Position numbers and translations under genes: made by a program
In this document: positions 18,329-27,817 of the stretch, one piece after another
How the letters are laid out: every line of letters starts with the position of its first letter
How positions within the stretch are numbered: position 1 is the first letter of the stretch
From: a phage
Strand: one strand, 5' to 3'
Assembly: GCA_026209155.1 (NCBI GenBank)
Contig: GCA_026209155.1_3056.1
DNA: 64,000 bases
The notes under the pieces: model-generated
Databases searched by the model: none
What the model saw: only the letters and a program-made list of their open reading frames with translations
What the model was told of the DNA's origin: nothing

Positions 18329-18628
18329 TTATTTTAAAACTTCTGCGTAATCACATGTTACAAACTGTTTCTCTAGCTTGACGATTTTACGAAAGTATCT
18401 TTTACATTGACGAATCTGTCGCTTAGTAGGGCGCACAGCAAACTTAATAAATTCCACTCGACCAAATGGAGGGCTTTCTTCTGATGGAATATCTAACACC
18501 AATTCCCACGTATCTGCAATAAGTGCTTTGAATTGAGTATTTTTCCTAACGTTATACGGAGTAGGTTTAAATAAAACAATATGCATATTATCCTCGGCAA
18601 TCCACTTCACATACTTTCTTGTCATCAA
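18329..18628 (-). CDS. hypothetical protein (61.4 position)
   Basis: 99-aa ORF. Confidence 0.45.
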   Translation of the reverse strand: MMTRKYVKWIAEDNMHIVLFKPTPYNVRKNTQFKALIADTWELVLDIPSEESPPFGRVEFIKFAVRPTKRQIRQCKRYFRKIVKLEKQFVTCDYAEVLK

Positions 18629-18770
18629 TGAAAGCTTTAACTAATGCTTTATTAACTTCAGCATACTGAGTAGTAGCCCATTGAACGTCATCTTTCATCA
18701 TTGTGGTTTCTTTAGTAAACATGCTTTCATTCTTAAACCACCCCATAAAAACTACCTTTACCAATTCCAT
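18588..18770 (-). CDS. dmd: Dmd-like small protein
   Basis: 60-aa ORF MELVKVVFMGWFKNESMFTK... adjacent to gene 41; matches my recollection of T4 Dmd (61.5). Confidence 0.6.
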   Translation of the reverse strand: MELVKVVFMGWFKNESMFTKETTMMKDDVQWATTQYAEVNKALVKAFIDDKKVCEVDCRG

Positions 18771-18797
18771 AACAATCTCCTCATTTAACCAACAAGA

Positions 18798-18831
18798 CTA
18801 CTATACCATAGTCTCGTCAGCTTGTAAACTA
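18798..18831 (-). promoter_or_regulatory. T4-type early promoter upstream of dmd
   Basis: Plus actata 18800-18805 and gtaaac 18824-18829. Confidence 0.5.
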
Positions 18832-20256
18832 AAATTTTAATTCATTCGCCAAAGCATCTAACTGAGCTCGAGTGGATTCATTTCTTTGATAGCGATTCTG
18901 CTCAGCCTGAATCTGTTGTGAACCTGCTACTTCGTTCACTTCAGTTGGAGTAGAATCTTGTTCAATTTCTACCCATTTCTGATTTCCCTTTTGAACACCC
19001 ATCAAAAACTTATTCCACTTATTCTTATCGCCATATCGTGATTTGATTTGCTTAATGAGTTGTTGTTCAGCAGCTGCTAGCTCCTCGGTTTCAATGACCG
19101 CAAGCATAAAATCAGCTGTTGCTGGAAGACCGGCAGATTCTGCGATATCACTCATGTTAACATCAGAAGAATCCCAAGCTTGTTTACCAACCTGTGCTGC
19201 AGTCCAAAGAACAGTTTCGGTTTCAACAGCCAGAGCACGCAATTCCTCTGCAATAGCTTTAACAGTTGTGTAACTATTTTCTGAATAAACTCTAATGCGG
19301 CAAGATTTACAAATACCTAGATAGTCGACAATAATGATTGTTGGAACAAAATTCTTCTTGAGCTTCAATTCGTTTAAAAGTGATCGAAATGTATTAGCAT
19401 CTGCTCCACCGGTAGGATACTGTTTAACGATTAAACGACCGAGAGTAGATTTCTCACGCCATTTTTCCATTTTTCCTTTATACTCAGCGTAAGAAATATG
19501 CCCATCATCAATGTCATCAAGAGAAACATCAAGCATATTAGCATCAATACGCTTAGCACAGACTTCTTCTGCCATTTCCATGGAAATGTAAAGAACGTTA
19601 TGACCAAGCTGCAAATAATCTGCTGCCAATGAACACAATCCTAATGACTTACCAACGTTAACGCCAGCCATTAAAACGTTCAGTGTTCCAGTCTCAGCTC
19701 CGCCTTTAGTAATTTTGTTTAGAATTCTGAGTTTAAATGGAACCTTACGAGCTTTATTCATATAAGATAGCCAACGTGCTTCGTAGTCATCCATCCAGTC
19801 ATGACCAACGTAGCTATCAAATGAAATTGATAATGCTTGCCGCATGATGTCAGGAATAGCACCAACATCCGGCATTTTCTTATTTCGTTTTTCCGGAGGA
19901 AGCTCAGCATTAGTTTGAATTTCGATTATTTTAGACGTAGCATTAAACATCGCCCTTTGCTGAACATATTTTTCTGTTTCTTTTACTAACCAGCTGTGGT
20001 CTTCCGGAGAATCAGCCAGTTTTGAAATAAGTGTTTTTACACCAGAATATTCTGTTTCAGTAAATGAACTATTTTCTAATGCAACATTTAACGCATTAAT
20101 AGATGGAACGCTATGATACTCATTAACATGAGATTTAATTAATTTGAATGTATTTTTAGCTGGACCACTTTCAAAATATTCTGAATCCATATATGGCCAA
20201 ACTTTTGAAAAATAAGCTTGATCAAATATGAGATGAGAAAGAATAATTTCTACCAC
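18829..20256 (-). CDS. 41: replicative DNA helicase (DnaB-like)
   Basis: 475-aa ORF; Walker A GAETGTLNVLMAGVNVGKS; same length as T4 gp41. Confidence 0.9.
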   Translation of the reverse strand: MVEIILSHLIFDQAYFSKVWPYMDSEYFESGPAKNTFKLIKSHVNEYHSVPSINALNVALENSSFTETEYSGVKTLISKLADSPEDHSWLVKETEKYVQQRAMFNATSKIIEIQTNAELPPEKRNKKMPDVGAIPDIMRQALSISFDSYVGHDWMDDYEARWLSYMNKARKVPFKLRILNKITKGGAETGTLNVLMAGVNVGKSLGLCSLAADYLQLGHNVLYISMEMAEEVCAKRIDANMLDVSLDDIDDGHISYAEYKGKMEKWREKSTLGRLIVKQYPTGGADANTFRSLLNELKLKKNFVPTIIIVDYLGICKSCRIRVYSENSYTTVKAIAEELRALAVETETVLWTAAQVGKQAWDSSDVNMSDIAESAGLPATADFMLAVIETEELAAAEQQLIKQIKSRYGDKNKWNKFLMGVQKGNQKWVEIEQDSTPTEVNEVAGSQQIQAEQNRYQRNESTRAQLDALANELKF

Positions 20257-20265
20257 ACTTACTCC

Positions 20266-20616
20266 TTAAAAGAATTTAAATTTTTTCTTTGACCTTTTAT
20301 TAAATGCATCTTGTAGTTGCATTGTAATACATTTTTCTACATGAGGAGCTAACTCAGCTTTTCTTTCTTGGTCAAGAACAGCAAAGTCCATTACAACCTT
20401 TCCATCAACCCAATCCAGTTTAGTTACATACACTATATGTGTAGAACCATCTTCTAGTTTAATGACAATCTCCTGGATAACATTTTCCATAGCGGATTTA
20501 ATTATCTTAAGAGACTCATTAAAAAGACGTTCTTTTCTTTCTTCTTCCCCCTCCGAAGAGGGGGATTCATCGATAATTTCTAGATCTAAATCTAAATCTA
20601 AATCATCTTTATTCAT
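20266..20616 (-). CDS. 40: head-assembly protein gp40-like
   Basis: Track ORF starts with GTG at 20634; first ATG (20614-20616) gives MNKDDLDLDLDLEIIDE...; located between 41 and uvsX as in T4. Confidence 0.55.
   Translation of the reverse strand: MNKDDLDLDLDLEIIDESPSSEGEEERKERLFNESLKIIKSAMENVIQEIVIKLEDGSTHIVYVTKLDWVDGKVVMDFAVLDQERKAELAPHVEKCITMQLQDAFNKRSKKKFKFF
20584..20604. repeat. hexanucleotide microsatellite (ATCTAA) x3.5 encoding a DLDLDL repeat in gene 40
   Basis: atctaaatctaaatctaaatc at 20584-20604; a GC-rich hairpin ccccctc cgaa gaggggg lies just upstream at 20547-20564. Confidence 0.7.
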
Positions 20617-21790
20617 TAAATTCTTCCATATCACTTAACTGTTCGAGGTCAGTTTCTAAATCAGCAGCTGATTTACTTTTACTTTCTGGAGATTTAAATT
20701 TTTCAACCTTTGAGTTAATCAATTCATCAACTTCAGCTTCAACAATTTCATTGCTATCAATAGCACCTAACTGATAAGCACGTTTAATAGCATCTCGGAA
20801 TGGTTGATGCTTAAATAAAGGACCCCAGAATGTAGTGCAGTTGGTATCTTTTGCACGCCAAGATTTTTCTTCGCGAATCATCTCACCGGTTTCTTCATCA
20901 AGAAATTCACGAGCATACCAACCGTTCTTAGGTTTTACCACGAATCCTAATTCTAGAGCCATATCTAACAATCCAGAATAAGGATCGATACCACCATCAA
21001 ATTTAACATCAATAAAGAATTTACTTTTTTCTTTAACGGTACGAGATTTTTCTACATTTAGAACAAATTGATACCCCTGAAGATCAGAACCATCTTTAAT
21101 CTGGCGTTTACCGATAATGAATACGGTATCAGCCGAATACATTACGCCTGTACCACCTGTCATCACGGTTTTACTAAACATTTCAATTGTTTCAATTGTA
21201 TGGTTAACCGCAACACATGGAATATTTTTAATGCTAAAATAAGGAGTAACAATACGGAATAATGACTTCAGTGATTTAGCACGAGTCATATCTGCCACAG
21301 ATTTTTCATTCAAGGCATCTTCCGTTTCTTTCTTAGAAGCCATATTACCAATTGAGTCGATGAATACAATAACTTTTTCACCACGCTCAATAGCTTCAAG
21401 CTGATTCACCATATCAATTTTCAGCTGTTCAACTGACTGGATTGGTGTATGAATTACACGTTCCGGATCAACTCCCATGGATCGCAAATAAGCTGGAGTA
21501 ATACCAAATTCGCTATCATAGAATAGACAAACCGCGTCAGGATATTTGTTCAAATACGCCGCAACCATAGTCAAAGACATATTTGATTTAAAGTGTTTAG
21601 AAGGCCCTGCGAAAATAGTTAAACCAGACTGCATTCCACCATCAATCGCACCAGAAATAGCGATATTGAGCATTGGGATTTTTGTACGGATTACATCCTT
21701 TTCATTAAAGAATTTAGATGTAGTCAGCTCAGCAGTCATTTTAGAAGTGGAAGCTTTAATCAAACGGGATTTTAAATCTGCAATAGACAT
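20609..21790 (-). CDS. uvsX: UvsX recombinase (RecA-like)
   Basis: 393-aa ORF; Walker A GPSKHFKS region and C-terminal acidic tail; high similarity to T4 UvsX as recalled. Confidence 0.9.
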   Translation of the reverse strand: MSIADLKSRLIKASTSKMTAELTTSKFFNEKDVIRTKIPMLNIAISGAIDGGMQSGLTIFAGPSKHFKSNMSLTMVAAYLNKYPDAVCLFYDSEFGITPAYLRSMGVDPERVIHTPIQSVEQLKIDMVNQLEAIERGEKVIVFIDSIGNMASKKETEDALNEKSVADMTRAKSLKSLFRIVTPYFSIKNIPCVAVNHTIETIEMFSKTVMTGGTGVMYSADTVFIIGKRQIKDGSDLQGYQFVLNVEKSRTVKEKSKFFIDVKFDGGIDPYSGLLDMALELGFVVKPKNGWYAREFLDEETGEMIREEKSWRAKDTNCTTFWGPLFKHQPFRDAIKRAYQLGAIDSNEIVEAEVDELINSKVEKFKSPESKSKSAADLETDLEQLSDMEEFNE

Positions 21791-21841
21791 TCATTTTTTC
21801 CATAGGCATCATTATATTTTCCTCACTGGTTAAAGATAGAG

Positions 21842-21871
21842 TAATTATAACACAATAAATTTAGGCATTAA
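21842..21871 (-). promoter_or_regulatory. possible middle promoter for uvsX (MotA-box variant)
   Basis: Minus strand AATGCCTAA - 11 nt - TATAAT (plus attata 21844-21849); one mismatch to the TGCTT core. Confidence 0.3.
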
Positions 21872-22716
21872 TCAACTGCTATTGGATGAATAGCATTAAA
21901 CTTATGAAATGCTTCTGATTTTTCTTTACGAGAAATACACATGCGAAGAACCTTTAATGGCTCGTCTTCTTCACCCAACGATTTTCGTTTTTCAATATTA
22001 GAAGTTTTCCAACGAGCTTGCTCTGGAAACTCTCTATTGATTTGTTCAAGCGCTCTATTATGTTTAGAATTACTACGAATTGAACTGCACCCGCCGGGAG
22101 CGTGTGATTTTCCAGATACAACTAGATATTTGAACAAGGCCAAATGCGGATAACCTTGATTAATTAAATTGAGAAATGCGTACATATCTTCACATAAATC
22201 AATTTTTCCATACCCAATTTGTTCTGTCGTAAGTTTTCCGAGGTCATACCATGTATTCGTGAATCCATATGAGTTTTCACGATAATTACCCCAAGATGAA
22301 GTAATTTTAAAAATAGGTAGACGAGCATGGCCATGATAATACCCACAATCCATGGCATCCTCAACGTATTGAATTAATTCATAGAACTGTTCACGAGTTA
22401 ATTGATTAATTTTATCTACGCGCCGTTTATCGTCTCTCTTTCGTATTGAACTCATACGAATAGTAGTATCATCATCAATCATCCAGATTCGTTGACCTGC
22501 ATACATGTCAGTAATTGCTTTACGAGTACCGGCAATTCCGTTTACATCATCAGGAATAGTTATAATTTTAGCTCTAGACCCATAGGCATCATAATAAGCT
22601 TTTTCTTCGTGTTCACGCACTACAATATGTGGTTCATAATCAGTCGGAAACATATCAAGGGCAGAAACTGCCCCTACACGTTGATAGCTTGGAATTACGA
22701 ATTGAATCATTTCCAC
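21868..22716 (-). CDS. putative GT-A-type glycosyltransferase at the beta-gt locus
   Basis: 282-aa ORF with DXD-like motif IWMIDDDTTIR; unlike T4 beta-gt (351 aa, GT-B fold); position between uvsX and gene 42. Confidence 0.5.
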   Translation of the reverse strand: MEMIQFVIPSYQRVGAVSALDMFPTDYEPHIVVREHEEKAYYDAYGSRAKIITIPDDVNGIAGTRKAITDMYAGQRIWMIDDDTTIRMSSIRKRDDKRRVDKINQLTREQFYELIQYVEDAMDCGYYHGHARLPIFKITSSWGNYRENSYGFTNTWYDLGKLTTEQIGYGKIDLCEDMYAFLNLINQGYPHLALFKYLVVSGKSHAPGGCSSIRSNSKHNRALEQINREFPEQARWKTSNIEKRKSLGEEDEPLKVLRMCISRKEKSEAFHKFNAIHPIAVD

Positions 22717-23447
22717 TCACCGTTATAATCTTTTTTCACAATATGAGTTTCGCCAGTATTCCACCAATGATCAACCAAGTAAAAATGACGAGAATATACA
22801 TGAAGACTTCCAACATTCCATATAATAGAACCTGCTTTATACTGACGAGTTGAATCGCCTGCATTCAAATCAGATACTAATTTATCTAATACGTATTTTT
22901 GCCATGCATAATCATTACGGAATCCGAAGACCACGTCATTTGAGCGCATGCTTACTACTGCATTGACTTTCTTATCACGAATCAGGTACTGTACTGTATT
23001 AGTACACATGAAATCTGACATACCATCTTTATTGTAGTCAAATTGCATGGATGGACGAGTATAAATCATGATACCACGTCGAGAATCAGGATTTTGACCA
23101 AGTTCAGCTAAACACATATCATACTGAGCATAGTTATCTTCTGACCAGATAGCCCAACCGTAATTCGAGTTAATTTCACCTTTAGAAGATGCTACTTGTT
23201 GCCAAATCTTCGGTGTTTCACCCGGAATATCTTTAACGAACAAGCTCTTAGATTTATACCATTCAAGTTCACGCTGAATGTATTCATCATTAAGAGCGCC
23301 AAAAATAAACGGTTCATCTGCTACAAATGATGCGCCAATAATTTCAATAGTTTTAACACCAGTTTTATCAACTACGAAATCTTTTTCTTTTAATGCAAGC
23401 CCCAAATGAAGACGGATTTCTTCAACTGTCATAGAGTCACTAATCAT
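22707..23447 (-). CDS. 42: dCMP hydroxymethylase
   Basis: 246-aa ORF MISDSMTVEEIRLHLG..., thymidylate-synthase-like; same length as T4 gp42. Confidence 0.9.
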   Translation of the reverse strand: MISDSMTVEEIRLHLGLALKEKDFVVDKTGVKTIEIIGASFVADEPFIFGALNDEYIQRELEWYKSKSLFVKDIPGETPKIWQQVASSKGEINSNYGWAIWSEDNYAQYDMCLAELGQNPDSRRGIMIYTRPSMQFDYNKDGMSDFMCTNTVQYLIRDKKVNAVVSMRSNDVVFGFRNDYAWQKYVLDKLVSDLNAGDSTRQYKAGSIIWNVGSLHVYSRHFYLVDHWWNTGETHIVKKDYNGEWK

Positions 23448-23454
23448 TTAAACC

Positions 23455-23604
23455 TCAATTGATACATTCATATTTAACTTGTAACAGTAATAAACTCCAA
23501 CCTAAAATAATAGTTGGAATCATAAGAGGAACCGTTACACTATAGTATATACTTATTATAACCATCAAGATTAAAAGCAACACTGCTATAATTTTGCTTT
23601 TCAT
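23455..23604 (-). CDS. hypothetical membrane mini-protein (49 aa)
   Basis: Not in ORF track; ATGA overlap with imm stop; MKSKIIAVLLLILMVIISIYYSVTVPLMIPTIILGWSLLLLQVKYECIN. Confidence 0.35.
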   Translation of the reverse strand: MKSKIIAVLLLILMVIISIYYSVTVPLMIPTIILGWSLLLLQVKYECIN

Positions 23605-23852
23605 TCTTTCTCTCTGATGATAATTACTTGATTTGGCTGTGCAGACTTTTTGGTTTCACCCGCAATTGACCAAATAAATGTAATAAACCAACCAATAATT
23701 GACCAGTTAAACAGTAAAGATGTGAAAAAGATTCCTACTGTCGATTTTGACCCACGCATCAAAGCAATAAACCATGGAAGCATGTATATAATAATAGCCA
23801 ACACGCCTGAAACTAAAACCATAAAAATTGAACCTGCTACTAAAGTTTCCAT
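23601..23852 (-). CDS. imm: superinfection immunity protein Imm
   Basis: 83-aa two-TM membrane protein METLVAGSIFMVLVSGVLAIIIYMLPWF...; matches T4 Imm. Confidence 0.85.
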   Translation of the reverse strand: METLVAGSIFMVLVSGVLAIIIYMLPWFIALMRGSKSTVGIFFTSLLFNWSIIGWFITFIWSIAGETKKSAQPNQVIIIREKE

Positions 23853-23859
23853 GTTTTCC

Positions 23860-24240
23860 TCACTTAGTCAAATTTTTTACGCATGAATTATAAGAATTCA
23901 CTACATACTCCATCGGAGCATTTTTACCGGTACGCCATTGGTAATTATTAGCCCAATTAGCCCAAATTTCGGCGCAGTAGTTTTCAATTTTTTCTTCGCG
24001 TGTAATTACATCAGAATTACGATATGCTTGAGCAGATTCATCTGGACGAATAGCTTCGTCAAAATTCGCCTGCATTTGTTCGACTGTTTGCTTTGGAGCT
24101 TCTTTATAACACTTGACATTAGGATTATAAAATTTGCTTGAACAGTTTACAATTTTTCCTACATCAGACTGATTTACTACCGGTCCTTGAGCTACACAAC
24201 CAGTAAGACCTAATGCAATAACCAAAATAGCGATTTTCAT
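23860..24240 (-). CDS. putative lipoprotein
   Basis: 126-aa ORF with lipobox LGLTGC. Confidence 0.5.
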   Translation of the reverse strand: MKIAILVIALGLTGCVAQGPVVNQSDVGKIVNCSSKFYNPNVKCYKEAPKQTVEQMQANFDEAIRPDESAQAYRNSDVITREEKIENYCAEIWANWANNYQWRTGKNAPMEYVVNSYNSCVKNLTK

Positions 24241-24250
24241 AATAATTTCC

Positions 24251-24487
24251 TCAAATGCAAGTAGTAATTACTCCAGTAGTGCTTATGCAGGTATTACCCA
24301 TTTGCACACCTAAAGATCCATTTGTATTCACATGAAGATTATCATCAATTTTAACTGATATTTTACCATTAGTGTGAATAACAGTGCTAGATTCAATCAC
24401 AGGTTGAGTATCATTTTCAACACTAACAAATGGAACTGCTGTTAATGCAACTAAACAAACTGCTAAGCATCCCATAACAATTTTCAT
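24251..24487 (-). CDS. secreted small protein
   Basis: Internal ATG (24485-24487) with GGAG RBS gives MKIVMGCLAVCLVALTAVPFVSVEN... (78 aa); track ORF extends upstream through the promoter. Confidence 0.45.
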   Translation of the reverse strand: MKIVMGCLAVCLVALTAVPFVSVENDTQPVIESSTVIHTNGKISVKIDDNLHVNTNGSLGVQMGNTCISTTGVITTCI

Positions 24488-24522
24488 TTTATTCTCCAAA
24501 TCTGTATCAGTAGTTGATAGTT

Positions 24523-24556
24523 GTATAGTACCATGGAAGAACAGTCTTGTAAACAG
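24523..24556 (-). promoter_or_regulatory. T4-type early promoter with conserved leader
   Basis: Plus atagta 24525-24530 and gtaaac 24549-24554; downstream leader ...CAACTATCAACTACTGATACAGATTTGGAGAATAAAATG is repeated at two other loci. Confidence 0.55.
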
Positions 24557-24635
24557 TTTTGTGAAAAAATTTTTTAATGAATCCAAAAGGTCCAGAATCA
24601 TCTGTTTTTCACAAGTATAGATTTATATTACTTGT

Positions 24636-24661
24636 ATGAAAAAGGGACCCGGAGGTCCCTA
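24636..24661 (-). terminator. intrinsic terminator after gene 43
   Basis: Hairpin agggacc cgga ggtccct (24643-24660) followed on minus strand by UUUUUC. Confidence 0.6.
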
Positions 24662-24672
24662 GATTTATTCTA

Positions 24673-27369
24673 TCAGCCAAACAGGAAGTCTAACGAAGCT
24701 TTTTCTTCATAGTCCATACCAGCCGATTCACACATACCCGCAAGCGGTTTAACAAACGATTTTTGGAACAAAGTTGAGTAGTCAATCCAAGACAGTACAT
24801 CAGAACGAATTTCTTTTGGAAGTTCTGTGCCCGACGGCCAAGCAATGCACTTGTCACCAAATGGATTTCCTTCACGCAATGGAAGAACCATTACCTTATT
24901 TCCATCCAAAATTGGAGCTACACCTAAACCGCTAACAGCTCGACGATAAGTTAGCACACCACGAATATGGAACGGGCATTTAAATCCTGGCCAACCTTTA
25001 TCATCATATTTCGCTATATCGTTCGCAGTTTTTACTTCAGCAATAACTTTATAGTCAAGTTGACGATATTCTTTCTCGAAGTTCTTGTAATATTCTTGGA
25101 CAGACTCTTCACCTTCCTGAAGAATACGACGAATACTTTCTTCGAGAGCTTCTTGCACTGCCTTTGGTGTTGAACTCTGCTGAGTTTCCATACCCATGAT
25201 TTTTAGATGCGGTTCAGCAAATCGCTTATCTTCCATATCATAAACGTTCAGAGCATAACGCTTTTTCGCTTTCCAAAATCCACCAACGCCCTTTGAACCA
25301 AGCGGAGGGCAAGAAATAGCTTCACGGTCCATATGCATCAGATGCTCGCGGTTATTCATATAATCACATAACTCACGATATGCAACATCAATCATAGGTT
25401 CCATCTTTTTCTTACCGAACTGATTCATGAATTCAACTAAATCGTTCTGCTCTTTGAATCGGTCAAGACCAACTTTTTCAATAACTTTATCTACACAAAC
25501 ATATACCGAATCAGTATCACCTGCTGCAATGAAATCTTCACCATTAGTTCCGCATACTTTATTCAGATATTCATTAATTTTACGAGCAATCCACTGAATA
25601 CCAACTTGGCCGAAAATTGTGATAGCAGTAGCATTTCGCAAATCATAGTAACGGAAATGAATATTACCAAGAGCACCATAAAGACTGTTAATAAGAATTT
25701 TACGGTTCAGCTGATTTGTGTTAGCAAGTGTAGCCGCTTTTTCGCATTCCTCAATCAGACTATTGAGAACAGATTCAGTATAATTCGATAGTTCATTTAA
25801 GAAATCATCACTGAACTTAACATATCGTTCAACTTCTGGTTTAGTTGAACAGGACCCTGCGCCTTTCATAATAATCTTTTTAATAGCTTCGGCATTCATT
25901 TCTTCAGCGAACATTTTCTTTTTCCAATCTTTACGCTGGAAAAATACTTTAGCGATTTCCTTTGGAATGATACCTTCTTGATGCTTATCATACATCCATC
26001 CATTCGGAGAACAAGAATATTCATCACTCGGTTTAGGAGCTGTTCCTGCGATATATTCATGAATTGGATGAACTTTAAACTGCCCACGAATAGTCTCAGG
26101 ACTAATGTTAACCTGACGAATAATGCTCGGATACAGAGACGTCAAGTCAAAACTCATAATATATCGACGAGCAATTGGTTTAGGTTCAAATACAAATGCA
26201 CCCGGAAAACTTTGTTTAACGTGCGAACCTTGTTGAGGAATAACCTTGTGTTCACCTTTCAATGAGTTAAAAATAATAGCATCCCAAGTTTTAATAGGAC
26301 TCATTACACCAGAAAAAGGCATTTTAGCGTAATAAGACATACTTAAAACTAGATCGATAAACCCGCGAATTTTATCAATTGCTTGAACTGATTCTACGTC
26401 AATGATGTTATAACTAATGTATCGTTGATGATTAGTCTCACGAAGTTTATTAATAGGACCGTCGTATGGTAATTTACCTTTTTTGGTTTCATGTTGAGCA
26501 ACTGATTCCAAAGAGAATGACGGCAAATTAGTAAAAGCGAATTTCTTGTACAAATCTAAATAATCAAGAATAGATACGCCATCAATAGAATAAATTTCTT
26601 TGCTACCGTACATATTTTGAATTAGTTTAGATTTTACTCGACCGATTGGAGAGAAGCGTTTCATACTGCGTTCGCCCAGAACCATTTTAACACGATTCAT
26701 GATATACGGAACGTCAAATCCCTCAATATTCCAGCCGGTAAAAATAGCAGGTCTTTTCTGTTCCCAGAGATTAATATATTCCATGAGCATATCACGCTCA
26801 TTATCAAATGGCATATAAATTACTCGGTCAAGAATTTCTTGAGGAACTTCATCACCACCTTCACAGTCAAGCTTAGCAGCTAACTTTGCATCCCATTTTG
26901 ATACTGAACCATACATTGAATTCAAAAGGTCGAAAACATAAAAACGATCGTCAATTGAATCATAATGAGTGATAGCATCAATTTCATATTCTGCTTTCAT
27001 TGGGTCAGGAAATTTATCACCAGTAACCTCAATGTCACAGTTAGCTACACGAACAAATTTTCGGTCATAAACAATTTCTGAACCATACGTATCACTGATA
27101 TAAGCGAGTTTAAAATCGTTCATACCGAGAGCTTCGAGACCGATGTCTTCCATTCGCTTCATCCAATCTCGAGCATCTTTCATTGATGGAAATTTTTGAG
27201 GAGCGCAGTTTTTACCATAAATGTCTTTGTATTTTGACTCTTCCTTACAATGCCTAAACATAGTTGGAAGATATTCTACTTCACGAGTACGTTCCTTTCC
27301 GTTTTCATCAATATAACGTTCAACAATGTTATTTCCGACTGTTTCAATAGAGATATAAAATTCTTTCAT
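24673..27369 (-). CDS. 43: DNA polymerase (family B)
   Basis: 898-aa ORF with exonuclease and polymerase motifs (YGG, DTDS); same length as T4 gp43. Confidence 0.95.
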   Translation of the reverse strand: MKEFYISIETVGNNIVERYIDENGKERTREVEYLPTMFRHCKEESKYKDIYGKNCAPQKFPSMKDARDWMKRMEDIGLEALGMNDFKLAYISDTYGSEIVYDRKFVRVANCDIEVTGDKFPDPMKAEYEIDAITHYDSIDDRFYVFDLLNSMYGSVSKWDAKLAAKLDCEGGDEVPQEILDRVIYMPFDNERDMLMEYINLWEQKRPAIFTGWNIEGFDVPYIMNRVKMVLGERSMKRFSPIGRVKSKLIQNMYGSKEIYSIDGVSILDYLDLYKKFAFTNLPSFSLESVAQHETKKGKLPYDGPINKLRETNHQRYISYNIIDVESVQAIDKIRGFIDLVLSMSYYAKMPFSGVMSPIKTWDAIIFNSLKGEHKVIPQQGSHVKQSFPGAFVFEPKPIARRYIMSFDLTSLYPSIIRQVNISPETIRGQFKVHPIHEYIAGTAPKPSDEYSCSPNGWMYDKHQEGIIPKEIAKVFFQRKDWKKKMFAEEMNAEAIKKIIMKGAGSCSTKPEVERYVKFSDDFLNELSNYTESVLNSLIEECEKAATLANTNQLNRKILINSLYGALGNIHFRYYDLRNATAITIFGQVGIQWIARKINEYLNKVCGTNGEDFIAAGDTDSVYVCVDKVIEKVGLDRFKEQNDLVEFMNQFGKKKMEPMIDVAYRELCDYMNNREHLMHMDREAISCPPLGSKGVGGFWKAKKRYALNVYDMEDKRFAEPHLKIMGMETQQSSTPKAVQEALEESIRRILQEGEESVQEYYKNFEKEYRQLDYKVIAEVKTANDIAKYDDKGWPGFKCPFHIRGVLTYRRAVSGLGVAPILDGNKVMVLPLREGNPFGDKCIAWPSGTELPKEIRSDVLSWIDYSTLFQKSFVKPLAGMCESAGMDYEEKASLDFLFG

Positions 27370-27420
27370 AGATATTCCTTAGTTTATAGCCCGAGTTATT
27401 AGGCTCTTGATATATTATAC

Positions 27421-27446
27421 TCCAAATAAGGGGCCGAAGCCCCTTG
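27421..27446 (-). terminator. terminator-like hairpin after regA
   Basis: aaggggc cgaa gcccctt at 27428-27445. Confidence 0.5.
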
Positions 27447-27447
27447 C

Positions 27448-27816
27448 TTAATTACCAATCGTATATTTAGGAACGAGTTTCCATTCATGTTTTTGCTTAA
27501 AAGAAATAACTCGGAAGTTATTAGTTAAATCTTTCATAAAAGTTCTTTGACCGGGAGCGATTTCAATCAGTCCCCAATCTTCTAACAGCCATGCAATCGA
27601 ATCACGACGAACTTCATCTTCTTCTGTCATTTCAACCTGGCGACCATCCATACGAAGCATTTCTTTAAAATGAACGATATAGTATAGTCCTTTTTTCTGG
27701 AGAATATGGCAGGATTGATACAGAACTTTATCTTTATTATTAGCAATTCCCATACGAGTCAGAGTTTCTTTAACTTTCAGAAAATCTTCAGGTTTTTTAA
27801 GAGTAATTTCAATCAT
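27448..27816 (-). CDS. regA: translational repressor RegA
   Basis: 122-aa ORF MIEITLKKPEDFLKVKETLTRMGIANNKDKVLYQSCHIL...; matches T4 RegA. Confidence 0.9.
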   Translation of the reverse strand: MIEITLKKPEDFLKVKETLTRMGIANNKDKVLYQSCHILQKKGLYYIVHFKEMLRMDGRQVEMTEEDEVRRDSIAWLLEDWGLIEIAPGQRTFMKDLTNNFRVISFKQKHEWKLVPKYTIGN

Positions 27817-27817
27817 T

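Noticed and set aside
24690-24875. 61-aa minus-strand ORF
   Set aside because: Out-of-frame open frame inside DNA polymerase gene 43. Similar internal frames at 29141..29329 (in gene 44), 32794..33057 (in gene 46), 52403..52597, 57495..57680 and 61383..61574 are rejected for the same reason.
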